This document shows positions 11,239-23,630 of a stretch of 64,000 nt of DNA, piece by piece (positions within the stretch are counted from its first letter, which is position 1; each line of letters opens with the position of its first letter). The notes below the pieces were generated by a model that worked only from the letters and a program-made list of their open reading frames with translations, was not told the origin of the DNA and made no database searches. The position numbers and the translations under genes are program-made. The DNA comes from Microthyrium microscopicum (taxonomy: Eukaryota), in contig MU004237.1 of assembly GCA_010405405.1 (NCBI GenBank), positions 1,003,345-1,067,344 of the forward strand. Reading direction: 5' to 3'.

Positions 11239-13956
11239 ATGAAGCGCAAAAGACCATCTCCTCCTGTCTCCGAAGCGGACTTTGATATATCTGGAGCGAT
11301 TACTGGACTGCAGGTTGACCAGGAAGATAATTCGGACTTCGACTTTGAACAGCCCATAGTATCTTCGACACAGAATGGCGCAGGCTTGCAAGGAGAGGAT
11401 AGCGGAGACGACAGCGATGCGGCTTTTATTGCTGCCCAGCAAGCAGCCTCAAATCGAAAGGCTACCAATCTCAAAGGGCGTACAGTGAAGAAAGGAGGTG
11501 CTTTTCAGGCAATGGGATTAAATGCTGGGCTTCTCAAGGCCATCACTCGCAAGGGGTTTTCCGTACCAACCCCTATCCAAAGAAAGACAATTCCCATTAT
11601 CATGGACGGGAGCGATGTGGTCGGAATGGCCCGGACCGGATCAGGAAAAACTGCAGCCTTTGTCATACCAATGATTGAGCGACTGAAATCGCACAGCGCA
11701 AAAGTAGGAGCTCGGGCGATTGTCCTATCACCATCTAGAGAGCTAGCTCTTCAAACGCTCAAAGTTGTCAAAGAGATGAGTAGGGCCACAGAACTACGCT
11801 GTGTGTTGTTGGTAGGCGGGGACAGCTTGGAGGACCAATTCAGCGCCATGACATCAAATCCGGACATACTCATTGCTACACCAGGCCGTTTTCTTCATCT
11901 CAAAGTCGAGATGAGGCTCGACCTATCATCAATCGAGTACATCGTATTCGACGAAGCTGACCGACTATTCGAGATGGGATTCGCCGTCCAGCTTACCGAG
12001 ATTCTCCACGGCCTGCCGACCTCGCGTCAGACTTTACTCTTCTCGGCCACACTTCCGAGATCCCTTGTCGAATTTGCGAGAGCTGGCCTCCAAGAGCCGA
12101 AGCTGGTGCGGCTGGATGCAGAAAGTAAAGTGTCTCCTGATCTAGAAAATGCCTTTTTCCTGGTCAAAAGTGCCGAAAAGGAAGGGGCCCTCCTGCAGGT
12201 ATTGCAAGATGTGATTCAAATTCCCCTATCTCTTGACAAGCCTCAGCCCGATGTAGCCGAAGATGAGATTAAACGGAGAAAACGGAGAAAAGTCATTTCC
12301 AAATCTGGTCATCTGGACTCGCCAACTCAGTATTCCACCATTGTTTTTGCAGCCACGAAGCACCACGTTGAATACCTCACCGCTTTCTTACGATTGGCTG
12401 GCTATGCAGTGTCTTATGCGTATGGCTCCTTGGATCAGACGGCGCGCAAGATGCAGGTGCAGGCCTTCCGAGATGGTGTGTCAAATATCCTAGTGGTCAC
12501 AGATGTAGCCGCGCGCGGAATTGACATTCCAGTTCTGGCCAACGTGATCAACTTTGATTTCCCTTCGCAGCCAAAGATTTTTGTTCATCGCGTCGGCCGT
12601 ACTGCGCGTGCTGGACAGAAAGGTTGGAGCTACAGTTTAGTGCAAGATGGTGATCTCCCCTACTTGATTGATTTGCAGCTATTTTTGAGCCGGCGTCTTG
12701 TTGTTGGCCGAAGTACAGATTTAGTCAATTACGCAGAAGACATTGTCTTGGGTACTTTGCCGCAGGATCGCCTAGGCAGCAACTGTGAATGGCTCGCCAA
12801 GCTTATTGACGAGAACGTTGATATCGACTCTCTCAAATCAGTCGCAGTCAAGGGTGAAAAGCTTTACACAAAATCCAAGAATTCTGCTTCAGCCCAAAGC
12901 GTGAAGCGAGCGAAGGAGATTCAAGCTCATCCTTCGATTGGCGAAGTCAGCTCACTCTTCACAACCGAAGAGGGCGAGGTGTCTGCCGGAAGAGACAGTC
13001 TACTGGCTCGCCTACGCAACTATCGACCCCAAGAGACTGTCTTTGAGATTGGCAAGCGCGGGACTGGTGACGAGACGGTGGAGCTACTCCGAAAAACAAG
13101 AACCAAGATCGAGCAGCGTAAAATTAATGCTGATGCAGCAAACGAAAATACTCTCCATGCTGTTGCCGAAGGATCACCTGAGATTTCCCCAGATATGGAC
13201 TTGCCAGTACCGAATATGCTGGAAGCTATGGACTCAGCCTCGGAAGACGAACTGGAAGTTACATTCCCCGGCGCAAATAGGCGAGATCGGAATTCTCTAC
13301 CTGACCAAGACTCGGAGTTCTTCATGTCCTATACGCCTCGATTTTCAAATATAGCCGAAGATCGAGCTTATGGTGTACAAACGGGCTCTAGCAGCAATGC
13401 CAGAGGGTCCAACTTTCTTTTGGACGCCAAGGATGCCACAATGGATCTAGCCAACGATGAGTCACGGGGATTTGCCGATGCTAGTCGTCCAAAAATGCGG
13501 TGGGATAAGAAGGGTAAAAAATACGTAAACACTGTCAATGATGAAGACGGGTCACGAGGGGCGAAGTATGTACGAGGAGAAAGTGGTTTGAAGATTGCAG
13601 CTAGTCTTCGCAGCGGTCGCTTTGATGCCTGGAAAAAGACAAATCGTCTCGAACGAATGCCACGCGTTGGAGAAAAGGAGACCGCCGCTCAGCGATCTTC
13701 AGCAAACAGCCGACCAGGCAAAACATACCGTCACAAGGGTGAAAAGGCACCCAAAGAGGCAGACAAATATCGCGAAAACTACCTTACGCAAAAGAAGCGT
13801 GTCACAGAAGCGAAAGAAAATCGTATCGGCCAATTCAAGGACGGTATGGGTAAAAACGAACTTCGCAGCGTCAATGATGTACGAAAGGATCGTAAGCTCA
13901 AGGAGCGTAGACAGGCTCGCAATGGTAGACCATCCGCGAAAAGGGGGAAACGATGA
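11239..13956 (+). CDS. DBP10: DEAD-box RNA helicase Dbp10 (60S biogenesis), single exon
   Basis: Q motif, ARTGSGKT, DEAD, SAT and HRVGRTAR, plus the DBP10CT-type RWDKKGKKYV...GESGLKIAASLRSGRFDAWK. Confidence 0.96.
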   Translation: MKRKRPSPPVSEADFDISGAITGLQVDQEDNSDFDFEQPIVSSTQNGAGLQGEDSGDDSDAAFIAAQQAASNRKATNLKGRTVKKGGAFQAMGLNAGLLKAITRKGFSVPTPIQRKTIPIIMDGSDVVGMARTGSGKTAAFVIPMIERLKSHSAKVGARAIVLSPSRELALQTLKVVKEMSRATELRCVLLVGGDSLEDQFSAMTSNPDILIATPGRFLHLKVEMRLDLSSIEYIVFDEADRLFEMGFAVQLTEILHGLPTSRQTLLFSATLPRSLVEFARAGLQEPKLVRLDAESKVSPDLENAFFLVKSAEKEGALLQVLQDVIQIPLSLDKPQPDVAEDEIKRRKRRKVISKSGHLDSPTQYSTIVFAATKHHVEYLTAFLRLAGYAVSYAYGSLDQTARKMQVQAFRDGVSNILVVTDVAARGIDIPVLANVINFDFPSQPKIFVHRVGRTARAGQKGWSYSLVQDGDLPYLIDLQLFLSRRLVVGRSTDLVNYAEDIVLGTLPQDRLGSNCEWLAKLIDENVDIDSLKSVAVKGEKLYTKSKNSASAQSVKRAKEIQAHPSIGEVSSLFTTEEGEVSAGRDSLLARLRNYRPQETVFEIGKRGTGDETVELLRKTRTKIEQRKINADAANENTLHAVAEGSPEISPDMDLPVPNMLEAMDSASEDELEVTFPGANRRDRNSLPDQDSEFFMSYTPRFSNIAEDRAYGVQTGSSSNARGSNFLLDAKDATMDLANDESRGFADASRPKMRWDKKGKKYVNTVNDEDGSRGAKYVRGESGLKIAASLRSGRFDAWKKTNRLERMPRVGEKETAAQRSSANSRPGKTYRHKGEKAPKEADKYRENYLTQKKRVTEAKENRIGQFKDGMGKNELRSVNDVRKDRKLKERRQARNGRPSAKRGKR

Positions 13957-16900
13957 GCAGTGGCCCCAAAATGAAATCATTTCTTTCTTGTATTTATTCA
14001 ATTATCTTCTTGATTATCAAATCGCGGACCACCAAGTAAACCGGGTTTGCGGTTTTCGGTGGATTTCCAAGTTACTTTTTCACCCTGCATCTGCTGATTT
14101 TCTGCAAACAAAAGGCAGGTAGTATTGCTGTCGGTAGTTGTTCTGACCTCCCAAAAGAATGGTAGCGCCGAGCATTGGTCTGCGTTGTGCATACGAGAGC
14201 GCATGATGAAAACCAATATTGCATATGCGGAGGCACTGACAGGAAACGATCATCTACCAACCTCAATGACTTATGCAAACTAATGGAATACGGTAGATCA
14301 AGTTACAAAGAAATCAGGATCAACCGTCTCTATATATCGTGACGTCTTTTGAGACAGGAATTCTAGACTCACCACCATATCTGCCACATCGAGGCAATAA
14401 TTGCTCCACCGATCGATATATCCAGCCTTGTCCCAACCTCGTGGAAGTAGTTCTATGGATTGCCAAGAATGGCAATAGTTCATAACATGACTACTACTTG
14501 TACAGGGTCAATAGTTTATGACTTGATCTTCCTCCGGTAACTTTCCGATCTAATTTCCGAACAGGAACACACTATTCGGCGCCTATATTGGCACTCGCAC
14601 TTGGTTTTTTAAATCCTTTAGATCATGAAGTGTTGGGCCAGCGCCACAGCAATAAGAGGCGTAGGCGCCAGAACCGTTGGCGCTTTGGGCAGGCGAGTTT
14701 CTTTGCTCTCTTGCGTCAGAAAACGCCATGAAACTTACCTATCCATTTCAGGACGCTCTAGATTCTAGGGAGGTTTGGCTCTGAGCTCTCAGGTCTTTTG
14801 CTTTTTACCGACAACGTGTTAGACAGCGGGAAGGGCGTTCACCGCGACTAAAGTAAAAAAAGGGTTCGAGGGGTTTTTTTCAACTTTTGATCTCTAGGCT
14901 AGCGATGGAGAAAACTGGCCTCGCTACGATATCAGATACGAATCCACATCGGCGAGATTTGGGGGCTCGTCGATGGCCTGTTTTTCGCCAGTAATCTTCT
15001 TGGGATTCGCTCGCTAGATGGCCGGCGGACCTGGCCTGAAGGGAGCAGGCGAATTGTTGGTGATCGTGGTGGTAATACGGAATTATTTGTGCTTGTATAG
15101 TCTCACCAAATGAATTAATCGAATGGATTACTCGACTTGCAATAGTTCGGGCGGGGAATTCCCCACAATCAAGCATTACTTCAGAGTGAATATCTCTGAC
15201 TCGAGTAACAAACATCCTCACCATCTGTTTTCAAGGCGTCCTCAATATCTCGAACCGTTTGTGGAGATGCAAGGATAGTTGTGGACACCATTCTTGTTTA
15301 CAAAAGAAGTTTAGAGAAAATGTTTGGAGGCTGTCAAAGCGAAATAGTCTATGCGTAACTTTGATCTGACATGTCTGACGACTTCATTTGCCCAACCCGT
15401 ATCCATAATATTCAACCTGAAGAAATGATCGTGAACTGCTCTGCCGGGCAAGAGGCATTTTGTATGGAGTATATTAGCTTCCATCCTGGCCATTTTATTT
15501 TTGGCGTGTTTTAGATGGCTGCACTGAAGTATAACAGATCGGATCTTCACCAGTCCGGGCATACTCTACATGCCCGCTCACCCGGGTATCTGGAGCTTGT
15601 CGATGGCGAGGTTAGGGCGATGGGGTCTTTGGCAGCTAGGGATATCCTTCCCTCAGATCAATCATTTTTTGGGTTGACTTGGTACGAGGGCAAGCTTCGG
15701 CGTTCAAAAAGCGCGAGGTTTAGATTGGAAACCTCGCTCTGAAGTTGAATATTAGGCAAACGGGGCGAGAATGACAAGACGTCGTCGTGAGTTGTTTCTA
15801 GGTAATTGTATCTCGGGACCGTCTTTCCACGTGGTGGTTATCTCACGATGAGTACCAAGCGACGCTTTTAGAAGTTATTGACAAATGATCTAATGGACAC
15901 TTTGTTGCATACTATGCTAAATTTTTAAAATATGTTCTATATCAATCCCTATATTTACCTAAGAAGTCGAATCTCCAATGTAACTCGACGATCTGCGCCC
16001 AGACAATACACTCGATCATAAGCACCCTGGATCTTATCTGCAAGGCACTTCCCAGTATAAAAAATCTCCGTAAAGGACCCAAGTTTCCCCTAGTCCGATA
16101 GAATATACCCACATCCTAGGAATATATTGATGTTCGTGCGACTCCGCAACTCACCTATTTGTCCTTCGAAAACATATTCCGTGCTCGGGGACACTATGGC
16201 TACCTGCACTATTCGATAAGTTCCGAATATGTCAGCTCACAAGCTCTTTCGGCAAACAAGAGCCGTGAGCACACAAGCAGGTCCCCGCCACGGGGTTTCA
16301 CCGGTCCCAACTGAAGACTCGTACAGACACTTTACTTTGCCTTGTCATACCTTCACTGCTACTGTTGTAACCAACATGTTTAAGGTATAACATTTCACAA
16401 CAGGGCGTGCCTTGCCTTCCGGTTGGCTGTAGGTGGAAGGACAGAAGCAGCTGAGATACATGTACTTGTGTTTGATATGTCTCGAATTGACATTTACTTA
16501 GCTGTTATTTCAGGTTGGTACACTAAATACATATGTTTCCAGGTATCATAACAGGACCAAGTATAAAATCGAGTTGTTCTATGATAGAAGTTTGGCCGCT
16601 ATGAGTCTAAGATTGTTTGCTGCGCCTCCTTACATGTGTGATGCAACTTCTAGACCTATAGCGAGCTTTAGTTCTTGCTTCCCTAAAGTAATTGAACTTT
16701 GTGTGAGGAGCACTACATGAATTACACATGCTTAGCGTCTCAGACACTGGTTGAGAAATCAAAGGGATTTACAAGGATCGGAGAATTCCTCCTGAGAACG
16801 GGTGGTTACGAGCTCATTTCTTATGTGGTGTACAAGGAGTGCTCTAAGATCTATGATTGTTTCTTCGCCGGTCTGATCAAAAGTAAAGCCAAGTCATTGT

Positions 16901-19900
16901 GATCCTTGTCGTCTTCGATATGATACGACTTGTGTAGCACTCAAAAATGATCTTAACAGCAGGAACGGCTTTTGGAATGCTAAGCTGGCAAGTGTAGCCT
17001 CGTTTGTCCTTGAAGATTGGTCGACGTTTCTTCCATGTGATCTTTGGTCTCACTTGATCTGACCACAGGCTGTCATTCTACTCGGAAGTTTTACTTGTGC
17101 AAGGGTGAACCTGTCTTCCTGTGCCCCGAAGAATAAAGACACTGCAATAAATTGTGATCATGAATCAAATGAACTTTGGTGGTTACCTGCTGTTAAATGC
17201 CAAGTTCCATTGATGGCGGCGGGAACGTGATGCTGTACCCACATTTGTTATTTTTTGTCAATAGGTTCCGCCGAAACAGCATCAAATGTCATACCTGAAT
17301 ACCTTCTTGCGTTGTCGGAATGGAGTTAACGATATGGGGATAACCTTTTAGAAAGCTGAAAGACCCTATAAGATGTTTTGCGCCGCCGGAGCAGAGTCTT
17401 GAGTAATGGACCCAGTCACATCTTCAGCTCATGATACGCAATAACCTCTCGCGGAACTGTTCAATCTGTCTGACAAAAGCGTCACATATAAGATGCGACG
17501 ACTTGAATTTCCCTTCAGCCCAGTCGGGGTGATGGTACGATGTGGTCAAACTTCCTTCGTGACTGTAGGAACTTTCACCAAAAGCATGATGATTTTCGGC
17601 TAAATGGGCGTGCGAACATCTTTACGGCACTGATTGAGGATATGTGACTTTCTGGGGGAACCAAAGAATCCACTCCATCACGTTATTGGCAGGGAGACAG
17701 TATATGCCGACCGAAACGGTAATTGAAACAGCCTTATTTGGTATGTGTATCCATATGTAACGGTCGACGAGGATCAGGCCTTGAAGTTCTCTCTTTTCTT
17801 TTTGACGTAGGCCAAACCCTGGAATTGAGGTAAGTTTGGTTCGACCTAGCATGGGTTTATTAGCTATTTGGCAATCATCCCTTTGCTTGCCTTGCCCGAG
17901 ATATCGTGTGACCAATCATCTCCTTGAGGCATGGAGGCGTCTAAAGGTGACCTTTGAGAGCAGGGTCTTTAGACAACGCAGTAGCAAGTACCAGGGCGCG
18001 CCTGTGGGGGATTAAACAGTCAAGCTCGCTTGGCTAGGATCGATGTCAACGGTACACTCTCCGGGACGACGTCGATCGTTCAAAGACATGACAACTGGGT
18101 GACTGTCAAATGGTGGGATGCGAAGATGGAATGGGAACCTGCCAAAAAGCAAGCTCTGCTGCATGGCAAGCCGCTTGAACGCCTTGGCCTGCACCACGCT
18201 TTGGGCTAACTCGGCTGGCTCAGGGGGCTGAAAAAGTGACAGGCAGGTTGAACAGAGTGACAGGATAGCAAAATCCGGACTGATGAGGCCAGAGCCGCCA
18301 ACAAGCGAGTCCACTAGGACATCGCTATTGAGCTACCTTATACTTAAGCGAGGAGGAGGAGTTGGTGATAACTTTGCATGGCGAGACGAGCCTGTTCCCG
18401 TGAACAATTCTCCAGCTGGCGTCCAGCTGTCAGTTTCATCTGCAGCCATGGACATTGGACAGTTCTGGAACGGTGGTGGGGAGTAGTGCGGGCTGCGGGC
18501 CTGTCAAAAAACGCCACAGAAGTGAAGTTGTGAAGGAGGTTGTTACCAGAATAATGGTGAGAGCAATTCGACCAGTACAAATTGTGGAGTCCATACGTGG
18601 TAGAGTAGCGCGATTTGAGAACTTGCCGCTGCCAATAGGCCGACCTTAGAAGTGAAAGGCATACAACCAGCTGCGAGAAGGTTTTTAGCGGTTGTGTTAT
18701 TAGGAATTGGAATGCGATCGAGTGCTCTGGAATCTCTAGATCGAACCTTTTTCCAGCCTGACATCGGTAATGAGGCAGGACTAGCAGGTAGCTGATCAAT
18801 ATAACTCGAAGTGAGCCAGTAATGAAAAATCTCCCGACGAGTTATAGGTCGAAAGGCCATGTATGCCAATGGGATCAAATGGACGATATGCTTCTTTTGG
18901 TTTACTAAAACCTGTTGCGTGCTGTGATCTACAGCAAAAGCGTCCCTAAGTTCCTAACTCCTAAGAGGTAGACTCCGAACCCACCTCGGAGAAGTTAAGC
19001 GGCAGCGCCACAACAAGCCAGGCCGGCCACGAAGGAACTAGGTAAATCTCCTCAAAGGTTTGACAGGCGGGCAGCTTTAAACTAAGAGTTTGACAGCTGC
19101 CAGACCCCCTCACTGGGTTTAAGCTTTCAATGCATGCCAATCTTGTTTCTTGATCTGATCATGACAATGGGTTGTTGATTCGTGGAGGAATATGCCTAGT
19201 AGTTCGAGGTTGTCCGCATAATGCTTATCAAATCGATACTGAGTAGTCCCGGTGTAGTTGAATTTGCGCATCGGTTGCATTTTGATCGCTCTCATCCTGT
19301 CAAGTATCGATCAGCGATTCGGAAATCCAGAGGTGCTTCCGCAAGTCAGTACCAAAGCGTCAGAAGATAGGTTGGAATATTCAGTCCTCCTACCAGGAGC
19401 CTGGCTGTCAATCAGGGCCAACTGCAAGCTGCAAGGCAATGCGCAAGCGTCATGCAGTCCTCTCAGTTTGGGAGAGCCGATAGGCAGGATACTTCGTTGT
19501 GCTCTTCTACAAACTTGGCATCCCACGAAAGATTTCTTCTAGTGTGCGGTGGGAATTCTGAAAGGGGAGGTAAGTTCAGTTGGGTCGAAACGAATTTGGA
19601 GGCAGGATTTGACTTTAGATGTGCAAACTCCGCACTGCCTAGTCCGGTATTCGACACTTGTGGCAGCCTTTCATCGCATACCAGTAATGTACTGCTCAAG
19701 ATACTTGAGAGGCGTCGGCCTTGAACAGCTCGCAGGATGTAGAGTGAACCTCACAGTTGAACGAGGCTGTCTGTGCTGGAGTTGAGGAGTCAGCGATGGG
19801 CGTCGACGGTGCGTGGTTCGCATGCGGTATTGCTAGCTTAGGTACCTGCCATATGCAAGTATCCGTAGAACACGATACCCAGGAGCTGGATCCTGTGGTG

Positions 19901-21569
19901 TACATGCACTTCATCAGTATCCAATGTGTACTTTGCGTTGTACTGGTAGTTGGCAGTGAGCATAATGATCGTTGAAACATTACAAGCAATACGTTGCTAC
20001 TTCCAGGGTCCCTCCATCAATCACAGACGCAACGGCCCCAAAATAGCCGAACCTAGTCTTTACACAGGTTAATAATGGCCAGGTGCTCTGTAAGGTATTC
20101 CACCTTGCTGGAGAGTAAAGACGCTTGGGACAGGCTTGATTTGAATCAATGGGATCCTGGGGACGGCTTGGTCCTTCTTGTGGCCCAAGTGTAATGCAAG
20201 CACTGACGACTTCCCAAGAACCAGACTTGGATGCTAATCAATTTGACTACGCTCATGTCCGATACTAGTGTTGGCGATGAACTAGTACCCAGTTCGGAAG
20301 TGATTCTATCGATGATAATAGAACAAGTGTCTCTATCACATCTTGCTCAAGGCTGGCTACAAGTATTGTCAAGTATTAGAAAAGGTACGGATAGTAAATG
20401 TCCCATGCTAACGCCTAAACGCCAGCCGAAGCCACCTTTCTAGCTCGGGCTGGCTTAACCGTTGGTGTTTTGACGCCAATAATTACACACTGAACTAACA
20501 TTATGGCTTTTCTTATGCGCACTATGGGAATATTCGCACTATTGTATTATGCCACTTCTGCCACCTGCCTCAAACTACTGTCTCTTGTCCATCAGCCACA
20601 TTACGCTGGCCCATGGCGTTTTCCAACCTTTGACAGCTTTCATTTTGTCTCGTTTCTGGCGCATAGCTCTATTGCTTGCTTTGCACTATGCTGGCTTGGG
20701 ACATTTGTTTATGGCAATGGGCGGGCGTCACAAGCTTGAAATACCCATTGCTTTTATGAACTCTGTGCCCCAAATTGCCTTCCTGCACCGTTCTGGTTCC
20801 TTCGCTTTGGCACATCTCATATTGACGCTGACACTTCGACGTTCTCGTACTGCGTCTTGCCATGCTGTAACTTCATTGGGCCCAACCCTTCACCACCCAC
20901 ACCCTCCTAGATATCTAGGACATCCTTTGGCCCTCCAATCGCCTAGTTTCTGAGCATCCAAGAATCTTGCCTCGCCGACACTGGGGAGGTACCTGCCCGT
21001 GCGTGTGTGTCCAGCCATCGCGTGTTCGGCGTCTACTTGGTCCTCGGTCGTGGCGGAGAGCTACCACGCTGCATTACTTCTCTTTGTTTTCTCCCCGAAT
21101 ATGAAGTCTAGGGAAACACTAGAAGGTACCGCTCCTTGTACCAGCATTTTGCTGCAATCGTTTCTTTTTTAAGAATCCCCCAATTGCGATCTCGCAAATT
21201 TTGGTGCTCGGAGCTACAACGCAAAGCAAAACCAAACAATCACCAGTCTTTTTCTTCCGGTCGAAAAAGCCGTCTGATCGAAATTCCAGACTTCGGTATC
21301 CCCTAGGATTAATCCCTCGAATCATCTCAGGTGGTGGAGGACTTGTTGTTGAATATCGGTACGCTATATACACCCTCTAGCACAAGCGCGCCCCCTTGTT
21401 TAAGCATTCCAATTCATCCAGCTCAGCTCCAATTTCACACCTAATAAATAACTTCTGTTCCTCTTTTCTGTTTCCCGGTTCGACTTTACGCAATTTGTGC
21501 ATATTGCGCTTTCCGTCCCGTGTTTTTCTTTGCTTTTTCTTAGTTGTATTGTCTTTTGAGTTGATCACC

Positions 21570-23630
21570 ATGTATCCGCCGAATTTACCCAACTCCCATG
21601 TTAGACCTCCTCCTCCACTCCATCATTCCACTTTCTATCAACGTCGTCCTAACATACCGCACCTCATGAAGACTTCTCTGTGGCCATACACTGCGGGCCT
21701 TGATGCCCACGCCTATCCCTCTCCCCCCATGACCACTTCGCCAACCTCACCGAAACGACCCCAGTTTCCAGAGGCTAGGTCATCCTCTTCTACTCATGAG
21801 GTACCAACTGCACTCGCTTCAGCTCCAATCACGGAACCCGTGAGATCATCCGCCATGGCATCTCAGATTTTACCAGCACCAATAGGACCGCCGCTTCAGT
21901 ACCTCTTTGGGACCCAACACCCAGGGCCCAGCTACCCGCACCAAGGATATGATCTCCAAGCTCGCAACAGAGCTCAAAGTATACCTCCATACCAAGGCGG
22001 CTATCCAGGGACTGCTTTTTCTCGACCTGACGTGGTCACCATACAACCAGCTGGGATGCAACTCTTTCCAGCCCCGGGTGGACCAACGTCACTGCAAACT
22101 CCCGTGAGCAGACCTCAAAGAACAGGCTCAAGAAGAGCAAAAGCACACGTCGCCAAAGCATGTGTAAATTGTAAGAAAGCTCATCTTAGCTGTGATGAAT
22201 CGAGACCTTGTAATCGATGCTGTAACAGCAGGAAGCAGGCAAGTAGTCGAATCCGAAGTCAGAGGTAACACTAACAACATATTCAGGATTCATGTGAAGA
22301 CGTGGAGCACAAGAAACGGGGTCGGCCAAGAATACAACCTGAGAGAATTCAGACTCGCTCTCTGATCACTCCCACTGGTTCTATTGCTCCTGGACCAGCA
22401 ACTGCTGTTCCAACGCGGACAGAGTCTGAATCGGCGAGAGTCTTACGATCACAGGCACTTTTGAGAAGAGGGTCAATGCCTGTGATCGGATCTTCTTATT
22501 CACATTTAGGTTTTGATGCACGGATAGGACAACATTCAGAGTCGATTCACGAGTCAGCGTTCCGGATGGGAGGCATGCCAGAGCCACCACGGTGGATGTC
22601 ACCTCAACCTTATGTGGCATTCCTTGGCTTGGACTTTCGGATAATAAAGCTACTGGAACCTTTGAGAGCTTTGCTTGAAAGATCTGACCTGCGTGGTCGA
22701 GTCATAGAGGACGTCATTCATTCAGAGATTGATAGGCGGCGACTACGAAGTATACACGCAAGGCTGCAAGAGGAGCACAGAATTCGACATCCAAATGCCC
22801 TTCCATCGTTATTTCCAGGAGAATCAGAAACCCAGATTGTCCAACCCCTGAGTGAGAATGACATCGAAAGAGTAACGCAAGGATCGGAAGAGCATCGAGA
22901 CATGTGGACGTTTCAATTGTCAGATGGACGCAGTGAAAGTTTCAACTGTAGGATACGGCTTGGCGAAATACGGCTTTCTCGAACATCAACTCCACAGTTT
23001 TTCGTCGTGCTTGAACTTCAGCGATTGTCGGTGCAAACTCCCCCATCAGCGTATGGTCCTGCATTAGGCTCTCCGTACGCATTACAGCCCAGAGACAGCA
23101 TGTTTGCGCCTCCGGGACCTACCTCGCCATTTGCACGATCAACACCTGTATCACCGTTTTCAAGTTTTCCGCAGCATCTAATGACCAGTCTACCACCAAA
23201 CGCGCCCGGCACCACCATCTCGAGCGCACATCCGGCCCTCTCGCCCAACAGAGAAATGAGCTTTGGCAGCAGCGGCTACTTTCCTCGCCAACCAGATATC
23301 AGATCACCTGTAACAACAGGAGTGCTTCCACACTCGCCTGGTTCCAGCATGCAGCCTCCACAACAACCGTCAAGTAGTTCGCGCCGCCAACGACGACCCG
23401 AAAGTCTGTCCAACGTGCAGTTACCTCCGCTCATCAGCAGCTCGGCTCCCACAACACCAGTCACAACGGCGTTCTTTGAGCAAGCCAATACACCGCAGCA
23501 CCAGACGTCCGGAAGCATCGCTAGCGGGGGCCGTCGAAGCTCGCCGACCGACCGAGGCGACGGTTCAGACGAGGAGACGAACCGTAACAAGCGGCGCCGC
23601 CTTAATATCGAGGAAATTATCGACCAGTAA
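21570..23630 (+). CDS. Zn(II)2Cys6 transcription factor; GC-AG intron 22239-22286
   Basis: ACVNCKKAHLSCDESRPCNRCCNSRKQ|DSCEDVEHKKRGRPR. The sixth Cys is restored only by splicing GCAAGT...CTAAC...CAG. Pro/Ser-rich regions and a C-terminal basic NLS are present. Confidence 0.88.

Noticed and set aside
12263..14122. Alternative-frame and antisense ORFs inside DBP10 (likewise in DBP4 and SEC26)
   Set aside because: Shadow ORFs of well-supported genes.
14853..14880. A7...GGTTCGAG...T7 segment resembling a B-box or terminator
   Set aside because: No cloverleaf or A-box could be built around it.
15985..16230. Possible further degenerate copy of the CCATC-N6-GATGG element (CAGACAATACACTCGAT, TTTCCCCTA, ATGGCTACC)
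   Set aside because: Only short scattered matches; cannot be told from chance by eye.
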